Virus record (IMG/VR): IMGVR_UViG_3300033144_002382
Location: 1-31,677 of that record
From: a virus
Taxonomy: Duplodnaviria > Caudoviricetes
Strand: one strand, 5' to 3'
Length of the DNA stretch: 31,677 nucleotides
This document shows positions 25,003 through 31,677 of this stretch, one piece after another. Position numbers and translations under genes: made by a program. A model generated the notes under the pieces. The model had not been told where the DNA came from. It saw nothing but the letters and a program-made list of their open reading frames with translations, and searched no databases. How positions within the stretch are numbered: the first letter of the stretch is position 1; each line of letters opens with the position of its first letter.

Positions 25003-26025
25003 ATGAAAGCAGAAGAACTAACAATTGTAGAAAAGTATCAGCAAGGTAAAAAAAAGACTTTAGCTATACGTCCATTTTTTGATAAGACTAAAGAAAATAT
25101 GGGCTTAGAAAATTATGGGATGGCACTATATGATGGTGTTTATCATGAAGAACAACTAGCTTGTTTAGAACTCAATGGTATTAAAAGATTTGTAACTGGA
25201 TTAAATGAATTTGCTCCAGATGTAAAGATGATGCCAACTGAACAACAGGCAAAAAAGATTAAAGAAATAAGAGAAACAGTAGCTCAATTAGAAAAAGAAT
25301 TAGCTGCTAATGTTATTGATCCAGAAGATGCTGCTTTTTGGAATAAAGTAACACTTTTAAAACCTGATAATGATAAGTTTTGGTCACGTATTACATTAAG
25401 ATGTGGAAATGATCCAGTTTATTTAGATCCTATTAAAGATCCATATGATCTTATTAAAATCTATGCTATTAATGCTGGAGGATTCTCACTAGTGGGTAAA
25501 TCTCTAAAAGAAGCTAAAACAGCTAATCCATCACCTAAGTTTTATTTAGATAGACAAGAAGAGACTTTAGGAACAAGAACTGAATTAACAAAAATAAAAA
25601 ATAGAGCAGTTGTTGAATTACAAAAACTTTATGATTCTAATGTTACTAAGTTAATGTATGTTGCTAAAGTTATTGATGCAGAAAGTACATTATATACTAA
25701 AACTACTCCAAATGATGTGTTATATGAAAATATGGATACATATATTAATGGAACAGGTATAGAAAGAAACAAAAGAAGAGCTGCAGAAACTTTTTTAGCT
25801 GTGTCTAATGAAACTATGGAGGATCTAAAAATAAGAGCTCTTGTAAAAGATGCCTTATCTTATAAATTAATAACTATGAAAGGTAATGGTTTTATTGAAG
25901 ATCTTAATACACAAGTTAAATTAGGTAAAAGACCTAGTGAAGTTGTTGATTTTCTTAAAAATCCAATAAATGAGGAAACACTATTTGGATTATTAGCAAA
26001 AGTTGAAGAATATTGGAATACATAG
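25003..26025 (+). CDS. capsid-module protein of unknown function (340 aa)
   Basis: Long ORF with AAACCAAC leader in the structural module. Confidence 0.7.
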   Translation: MKAEELTIVEKYQQGKKKTLAIRPFFDKTKENMGLENYGMALYDGVYHEEQLACLELNGIKRFVTGLNEFAPDVKMMPTEQQAKKIKEIRETVAQLEKELAANVIDPEDAAFWNKVTLLKPDNDKFWSRITLRCGNDPVYLDPIKDPYDLIKIYAINAGGFSLVGKSLKEAKTANPSPKFYLDRQEETLGTRTELTKIKNRAVVELQKLYDSNVTKLMYVAKVIDAESTLYTKTTPNDVLYENMDTYINGTGIERNKRRAAETFLAVSNETMEDLKIRALVKDALSYKLITMKGNGFIEDLNTQVKLGKRPSEVVDFLKNPINEETLFGLLAKVEEYWNT

Positions 26026-26031
26026 ATTGTT

Positions 26032-26733
26032 ATGAATAATGATACAATAAGAATAAAAGTTGAAGAACGTCTTAATAAATTATCTAGTAGTGACTATGAT
26101 AATATTGAATGCTGGCAAGTTGTAGAAGCATTTAATAAAGCACAGATAGAATGGTGTAGGAGACAACTTCATGGAGGTAATATCTATAAAGAAGGGGATG
26201 AGATGTCCAAAAGACGTGTAGATGACCTCCAAATCTTATTGAATGAAATAACTTTAACTGGTATTGTGACTGATACATATTTTGAAGGAACAAATTTTCC
26301 TTCTGATTATATGGAATATAAAAGAGTCTATACTACAGCTAGTACAGAATGTTGTCCTAAACCTTTTACCTTAACTTGTTATCTTGCTGAAGAAGCAAAT
26401 GTACAATTACTATTAAGAGATCCTTTGAAGAGACCAGATTTTGAATGGGGAGAAACCTTTTGTACATTAATTGATAATAAAATAAGAATTTATAGAAGAG
26501 AATTTGATGTAGTTAAACCAACATTAACATATTATAAAAAACCTATTAATATAGAAATACAAGGTTGTGTTGATCCTTATACAGGTATTGTTACTACCAC
26601 TAATATTTTTTGTGAATTTAAAGATGATATAGTTGAATTGATTATAGATGAAGCTGCATCATTATTAGCAGGGGATATAGATGAATTGAATCAATATCAG
26701 AGAGGAACTCAACAAGCTGAAAGATCTAACTAA
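26032..26733 (+). CDS. putative ring/head-tail connector protein
   Basis: LNKLSSSDYDN..FNKAQ..RRVDDLQILL..YYKKP..CEF..IVELIIDEAA pattern resembles crAss-like ring proteins; position in module. Confidence 0.6.
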   Translation: MNNDTIRIKVEERLNKLSSSDYDNIECWQVVEAFNKAQIEWCRRQLHGGNIYKEGDEMSKRRVDDLQILLNEITLTGIVTDTYFEGTNFPSDYMEYKRVYTTASTECCPKPFTLTCYLAEEANVQLLLRDPLKRPDFEWGETFCTLIDNKIRIYRREFDVVKPTLTYYKKPINIEIQGCVDPYTGIVTTTNIFCEFKDDIVELIIDEAASLLAGDIDELNQYQRGTQQAERSN

Positions 26734-26744
26734 AATTAATTATT

Positions 26745-26918
26745 ATGAAGAAAGAACAATTATTTGGAATAATTAGACATGCTTTAACAGTAATTGGAGG
26801 TGGTCTAGTAGCAAAAGGTTATCTTGAAGATGCTGTTGTACAAGAAATCATTGGTATTCTGGTATCTACTGCAGGTGTAATTTGGTCATTTGTAGACAAA
26901 AATAAAAAAGAAGCTTAA
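26745..26918 (+). CDS. putative holin (57 aa, two TM helices), not in ORF track
   Basis: MKKEQLFGIIRHALTVIGGGLVAKGY...EIIGILVSTAGVIWSFVDKNKKEA; resembles Pam3-gp28-like small holins; charged C-terminus. Confidence 0.7.
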   Translation: MKKEQLFGIIRHALTVIGGGLVAKGYLEDAVVQEIIGILVSTAGVIWSFVDKNKKEA

Positions 26919-26943
26919 AAAATTATGCAATTAAGAAAATTAA

Positions 26944-26952
26944 TTGTATATT
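26944..26952 (+). promoter_or_regulatory. TTGTATATT promoter-like motif followed by a 5' hairpin
   Basis: Recurring 9-mer; GTCTAC-AGAT-GTAGAC hairpin at 26961-26976. Confidence 0.55.
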
Positions 26953-27014
26953 AAATATGGGTCTACAGATGTAGACATTATGTATATATTATTTATTTAT
27001 AAAATTTAAAAATT

Positions 27015-28211
27015 ATGGCTTATTTTAATCACGCTTTTCAAAAAGCATTTTTAGCAAATTCAGTTGATACTGATTTAGCTGACGCTTCACAGGATTTAAC
27101 CTCTGGAGAATTTGCAGTACTTGATGGTGAAACATATGGTGTTCTTGATGCTTTAGGCATTCAAAATTTCTTAGGAAAACATCTAATGTTAGCTCAAGGA
27201 AGTTTACATACTAGTGATACTATTGGTAATAATCCTGGTCATGGTGGTTATTTGGAATCAACTAAATCCAAATTTATCAACCCTAGATATGTTACAAAGA
27301 TCTGGCATACATGTTGTAATGATATGACTCCAGCAGTTTTAACTCTTGAATCATGTGATGCATGTTTTCCTTGTGGAGAGGATCCCATGTTTAGACTAGA
27401 TGTTAAAGGGTCTCCTGCACTTAGATTCTTAAATCACAATGCTTATGCAACTGTGGATACAGGAAACTACTGTTGTGCAGATGGTCAACAATACTTAGAT
27501 CCTACATGGGTTCTAGGAAAAATTGCTCAAGCATTGGTACATGATCCAATTGTAACTCCATTTATTCAGATTGTTTTAGAAACATCTGTTGATGGTGGTG
27601 CAACTTACACAGCAGTTCCAGATATTGATGCATATGTACCTTTAGCAGGTGATCCTACTGCACTTAACTGTGGTAAAATTACTATTACTGGTGCATACGT
27701 TGATACTAGATTTGGTGACTGTTCATTCAGAACCACTGATTTTTACAATAAAGAACCTGTTAGTTTAGTGGGTATGTTTATTGATGAAAGTGGTGATGCA
27801 TGTTATGAGTCTTGTGCAACACAAACATATGTTCCAGGATTAATGGCTAACACTCAAGGTGAAACTGTTATAAGGGAAATTCTCATGACAGAGAATTACA
27901 TGCAAAATCCTTATAACCAAGGAAACCAAGATAGTGCAAGGATCCGTGAGATTGAAGGTTCTGATGATATTAAAGCAGCTGTAACAAGAACAGCTCTATA
28001 TGACCGTTGGTATCTCTTACATAGTGTTCCACGTTTTAATAATCCAACAGGAGTATTTGACAATGATCAGTATTTATATACTATCTCAACTTTATGTGAC
28101 TCAGCAGAATCTGCTACGGTAGCAACTCTAATGGAGGCTATTGCAGCCTTAACAGGTATTGTAGTTCCAGTTGCAATTGAAGAAGATTGTGCAACTACTA
28201 GTTGTCCTTAA
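27015..28211 (+). CDS. putative major structural protein (auxiliary capsid protein-like), Cys-rich
   Basis: Own promoter-like motif and terminator suggest high expression; acidic and beta-rich; exact role inferred. Confidence 0.55.
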   Translation: MAYFNHAFQKAFLANSVDTDLADASQDLTSGEFAVLDGETYGVLDALGIQNFLGKHLMLAQGSLHTSDTIGNNPGHGGYLESTKSKFINPRYVTKIWHTCCNDMTPAVLTLESCDACFPCGEDPMFRLDVKGSPALRFLNHNAYATVDTGNYCCADGQQYLDPTWVLGKIAQALVHDPIVTPFIQIVLETSVDGGATYTAVPDIDAYVPLAGDPTALNCGKITITGAYVDTRFGDCSFRTTDFYNKEPVSLVGMFIDESGDACYESCATQTYVPGLMANTQGETVIREILMTENYMQNPYNQGNQDSARIREIEGSDDIKAAVTRTALYDRWYLLHSVPRFNNPTGVFDNDQYLYTISTLCDSAESATVATLMEAIAALTGIVVPVAIEEDCATTSCP

Positions 28212-28231
28212 GTTTAACACTTGATTTCTAT

Positions 28232-28271
28232 AATAAAAAGGGTGGGAGCTAAAACTCCTGCCCTTTTTATT
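28232..28271 (+). terminator. intrinsic terminator (possibly bidirectional)
   Basis: AATAAAAAGGGTGGGAG-ctaaaa-CTCCTGCCCTTTTTATT. Confidence 0.8.
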
Positions 28272-28289
28272 TTATAATTGCAGTAATTT

Positions 28290-28298
28290 TTGTATATT
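28290..28298 (+). promoter_or_regulatory. TTGTATATT promoter-like motif
   Basis: Recurring 9-mer right after the terminator and before ATG 28342. Confidence 0.55.
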
Positions 28299-28341
28299 AA
28301 TTACGTAAGCAAGCTTATTTACATTCTAAAAAAATAAATAC

Positions 28342-28890
28342 ATGGCATCTAAACATATTCTCAGCTTAGAAGTTCCAGAAGTTGCAAATTGTGAAATATT
28401 CAGAATAATAGATACAAGTCAATATTCAGATAATATATCTATAGATTGTCCTGAATTACTTATTACACCTCCTGGGTTTAGTCAACCTGCTTTAATAAAG
28501 GTGCAACCAGGATTTGATTTAAATATTAATGCTTGTGCATTAGATATTCAAACAACAGATTGTAGTAGTGAAAGAACAATTTTACCTGATGGTATATATA
28601 TTATAAGATATAGTGTTTCTCCTAATGATAAAGTATATGTAGAATATAACTTTTTAAGGACAACAACATTATTAAATACATATTATAAAAAACTTTGTGA
28701 ATTAGATATAACTCCTTGTGAACCAACATCTACCAGAATGGATTTATTATCTCAAATGAAATATATCAGAACATTAATAGATGCAGCAAAAGCAAAAGTA
28801 GAATATTGCCAAAGTCCAACTGAAGGAATGGAATTATATAACTTTGCTAAAAAGAAGTTAGCTCAGATTACTTGTGATGTGTGCTGTTAA
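28342..28890 (+). CDS. putative tail/hub structural protein (182 aa)
   Basis: IIDTSQY, LITPPG, LPDGIYIIRYSVSP Ig-like segment followed by a helical C-terminus. Confidence 0.55.
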   Translation: MASKHILSLEVPEVANCEIFRIIDTSQYSDNISIDCPELLITPPGFSQPALIKVQPGFDLNINACALDIQTTDCSSERTILPDGIYIIRYSVSPNDKVYVEYNFLRTTTLLNTYYKKLCELDITPCEPTSTRMDLLSQMKYIRTLIDAAKAKVEYCQSPTEGMELYNFAKKKLAQITCDVCC

Positions 28891-28900
28891 ATAATTATCT

Positions 28901-29107
28901 ATGGTTTGTAAGTATTGTAAAAAAAAGTTTACCTGTGGATGTCAAAAAACAAAAGGATTTGATGGATCTACCATTCATAAAACATGCTTAACTAAGTATA
29001 ATCAATTATCTCCCAAAACAACTTCCAGACCAGTATCAAGTACAGGTGCTATAAGAAAAAATGAAACAATAAATAAATATGACAGGGCACGAAGAATCAA
29101 TCATTAA
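28901..29107 (+). CDS. small Cys-rich putative zinc-binding protein
   Basis: CKYC...CGCQK...HKTC. Confidence 0.55.
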   Translation: MVCKYCKKKFTCGCQKTKGFDGSTIHKTCLTKYNQLSPKTTSRPVSSTGAIRKNETINKYDRARRINH

Positions 29108-30041
29108 AAAGATAGAAATAGAACAGAAGTTCTCTAATGAAGTGTTTTTGTCATTTAGACAAGAAAGATTTGGTATAACTCATTGTTGCCCTGTAGATGT
29201 AGAAAAATATTCTATTCAAAAAGAATTATGTGATTGGGAGGAGCTTAAAACTCCTGTTTATATATTAACATCTATAACAGAAACAATGTGGTTTTTCTTT
29301 CCAGGTGAACCATTACCAACTTGGGCTGTACAATGTGCTCCATTAGATGGAGATGCATGTGGAGATGATGGATATCAGTGTTTTTATTTTACTGTAAAAG
29401 ATCAAAATGGCAATCCTGTTAAAGACCATCCCATTTATATTGATGGGGGTAATGTAGGTAAAACAGATGTAAATGGTGAATTAAGATACACCATGACAAA
29501 TGCTAATGTTATAACTGCACATACACTTAATCTCTGTCATTGTTTTACAAGTACAGGATATTGTAATCAAACTAAATTTGATATTGTATTAGATATAGAT
29601 TGTTTACCTGAAGCATGTGAAACACCAACATATATTTGTGCTCCAATAATAACAGATCCATCAGATTGTACATCAGGATGTACATTACCAAAAGATACAG
29701 TACATGCAAAATTTAATGTTATACATGATTTTGTTAATTGTGGACAGATAATGTATAATGTATCAAAGGATATAGGAGGATTTCAATTTACTGTAGATGG
29801 AGGTGCAGGTTGTGGAGCAGCATTAGGTGGGGATGCAGATATACCAGGATTTGTTGTTATAAATACAGGATGTACATATATTGGTACTTCTACTGTTGGA
29901 GCAACTATACCCGCAGGATGTGGAACACTCACATATTTTTTAATAGATCCTCTTCCTATTGCAGCTGGGATAAGTGGAATTGTATTTGCTGAACCAGACG
30001 GAACAGTTATACCAACAACATTAATAACAGATTGTTTATGA
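29079..30041 (+). CDS. Cys-rich putative virion protein with Ig-like and C-terminal cohesin-like domains
   Basis: FTVKDQNGNPV..GKTDVNGE (Ig/CarboxypepD_reg-like); DIGGFQFTVDG..GGDA..GATIPAGCGTLT (cohesin-like). Confidence 0.55.
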   Translation: MTGHEESIIKKIEIEQKFSNEVFLSFRQERFGITHCCPVDVEKYSIQKELCDWEELKTPVYILTSITETMWFFFPGEPLPTWAVQCAPLDGDACGDDGYQCFYFTVKDQNGNPVKDHPIYIDGGNVGKTDVNGELRYTMTNANVITAHTLNLCHCFTSTGYCNQTKFDIVLDIDCLPEACETPTYICAPIITDPSDCTSGCTLPKDTVHAKFNVIHDFVNCGQIMYNVSKDIGGFQFTVDGGAGCGAALGGDADIPGFVVINTGCTYIGTSTVGATIPAGCGTLTYFLIDPLPIAAGISGIVFAEPDGTVIPTTLITDCL

Positions 30042-30080
30042 TGAATAGTAATTATGTAACTTGGTTGTTTAACAAAACTT

Positions 30081-30089
30081 TTGTATATT
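30081..30089 (+). promoter_or_regulatory. TTGTATATT promoter-like motif
   Basis: Recurring 9-mer; TTG 20 nt upstream (30061). Confidence 0.55.
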
Positions 30090-30123
30090 ATATATAGATG
30101 AATAGCCATAAAAAATATATTAA

Positions 30124-31677
30124 ATGATACCTACAAATTCTAATAGAACAAGTCCATGTGATCCAGTTTCATCTAACTGTGTAATTTGGCAAGGACCAGA
30201 TTTAAAATTTGATAATCCAGGAGGATGTATAGATATATGTAATGGAGATACAATAAGTGATGTTGTAGCAAAAGTAGCTGAACAGTTATGTGAATTAATG
30301 GAAGCATCATGTTTATGTGATCCAGATATGAGTGGCATTGATTTAAGTACGTGTCTACCTCCAGCCACTCCTTTAAATATTCAAGATATAACACAGGCTA
30401 TTATTGATTATTTATGTAGTATAACTCCTGGAGGATCAGCAGAAATAATATGTGATGTTCCAGATAGTTTTTCACAAATAATTTCTCCTGATTATGCAAC
30501 AAATCCTATAACACAGTTACCTATATGTGATTATGCATGGGAATTAGCACAACAGATACAACCAATACTTACTTCTTTAAATTCCTTAAGTTCATATGTA
30601 ACAAGTATAGCTACTGATGTGGCTGCATTACAAGCTGCAGCAGCTATAACCCCTCCTATTTTACAAATGTATTCTAAATGTATAATGGGAAATGTAACTA
30701 CATTATTCCCAATAGATGTATTAGTAAATGCATTAGAATCACAATTTTGTGACTTAAGAGCAAGTGTAGGAAATCCTGGTGCTGGAGGAGATATTGAATT
30801 AGCATTAGCAAGTATTTGTATTTTTTCTGGTTCAAAAACAGTTAATAATCCAGGAGTAAGTTATTTAGGAGAATATGCAGCTAATTGGATTTCTAATCCA
30901 TCTACTATGGCTCAATCTCAACAAGATCTTTGGATTGTTGTATGTGATTTATATAAAGCAATACAAGGTATACATGCTAATTGTTGCCCTAAACCATGTG
31001 AAGGATTGATATATGATTTTACAGCAGTAGTAGGAAGTGGAGGTTCTCTTTTAACTATTAATTGGAATCTATCTGACTTTCCTCCTCCTTATCATGATTG
31101 TGCAGCAGGTTCATTAGTAACAGTAACAGATACTTTTGGATTAGATACTTCAGCCTATTTACAACCTGCTATGTTTCAAGCATCATATGCTGGACAAGAT
31201 ATAGATGTTAGTATGCTTACTCCTAATGATACATATTCAGTTCAAGTTGATTTTTGTATAACAGATGCTCCAGGACCTAATACATGTCAGTTCACTCTAA
31301 TAAAATCTGTACCAGCATTTTTACCTTGTCCATCTCCTGTTACCTTTGGGCCTAATACAATTAGTACTATTCCTTATGCTTTTAATAATAGCTTAACAGG
31401 AAATGTAACCTATAGTGTAAGTGCTGTAGATACACTAACTTTAGCAACAGCAGGTAGTAGTCCTCAAATTTTTGTTGAAACAGGTGTTTCAGCTATTTCA
31501 GGTACAATTACTGGATTAGCATCAGGTACACTATATAATATGGTGATAGAAATTTGGCCTACATTAACTCCAGCATCAAAAGTTGTTTGTCAATCAGGAC
31601 AATCCACTACTGACCCTATTGTATGTGCAGATACATCAATAGGACCAGGTGCATTTGTTCCTCAGTTAATATTACCT
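30124..31677 (+). CDS. large Cys-rich tail/fibre-like protein, 3'-truncated by window end (at least 518 aa), not in ORF track
   Basis: ATG 30124, MIPTNSNRTSPCDPVSSNCVIWQGPDL...; no stop seen in the stretches translated by hand; FN3-like GTITGLASGTLYNMVIEI near 31500. Confidence 0.75.
   Translation, partial: MIPTNSNRTSPCDPVSSNCVIWQGPDLKFDNPGGCIDICNGDTISDVVAKVAEQLCELMEASCLCDPDMSGIDLSTCLPPATPLNIQDITQAIIDYLCSITPGGSAEIICDVPDSFSQIISPDYATNPITQLPICDYAWELAQQIQPILTSLNSLSSYVTSIATDVAALQAAAAITPPILQMYSKCIMGNVTTLFPIDVLVNALESQFCDLRASVGNPGAGGDIELALASICIFSGSKTVNNPGVSYLGEYAANWISNPSTMAQSQQDLWIVVCDLYKAIQGIHANCCPKPCEGLIYDFTAVVGSGGSLLTINWNLSDFPPPYHDCAAGSLVTVTDTFGLDTSAYLQPAMFQASYAGQDIDVSMLTPNDTYSVQVDFCITDAPGPNTCQFTLIKSVPAFLPCPSPVTFGPNTISTIPYAFNNSLTGNVTYSVSAVDTLTLATAGSSPQIFVETGVSAISGTITGLASGTLYNMVIEIWPTLTPASKVVCQSGQSTTDPIVCADTSIGPGAFVPQLILP

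Noticed and set aside
8215-30394. Minus-strand ORFs in the right arm (8215, 10293, 10603, 12788, 16258, 16786, 19227, 19441, 21436, 22565, 22983, 29783, 30120, 30173) and 29810-29992 (+)
   Set aside because: They lie on or across long plus-strand genes and have the composition expected of antisense or off-frame shadows
6982-31677. Stop-codon reassignment as seen in some crAss-like phages
   Set aside because: terL, portal and MCP are intact in the standard code, and TAG (23215, 26025) and TGA (23925, 30041) end genes at sensible boundaries

Overview
The window is a 31.7-kb, AT-rich segment of a tailed dsDNA phage genome. Gene content and order resemble crAss-like (Crassvirales-related) podoviruses of Bacteroidota; the host is inferred, not shown. 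It has two divergent arms that switch strand at about 6800-6980. The left arm (minus strand, 1-6792) holds small early/accessory genes, a DUF2828/TROVE-like vWA protein and several structured non-coding elements. These include two covarying stem RNAs upstream of the TROVE-like gene, a degenerate tRNA-like element, and a 74-nt RNA that looks like the tRNA-like domain of tmRNA with no mRNA-like domain. A small ArfA-like basic peptide lies nearby. Together these may form an RNA/ribosome-rescue counter-defence cassette (inference). The right arm (plus strand) carries a PG-binding lysin, an HU/IHF-like protein, a PD-(D/E)XK nuclease, terminase, portal, putative scaffold, major capsid protein, decoration/fibre proteins, a holin and Cys-rich structural proteins. 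Three glycosyltransferase genes (four GT domains) and a methyltransferase are interspersed upstream of the terminase. CG dinucleotides are rare and survive almost only as ACG/CGT. All family calls come from motif recognition by eye, not database searches.
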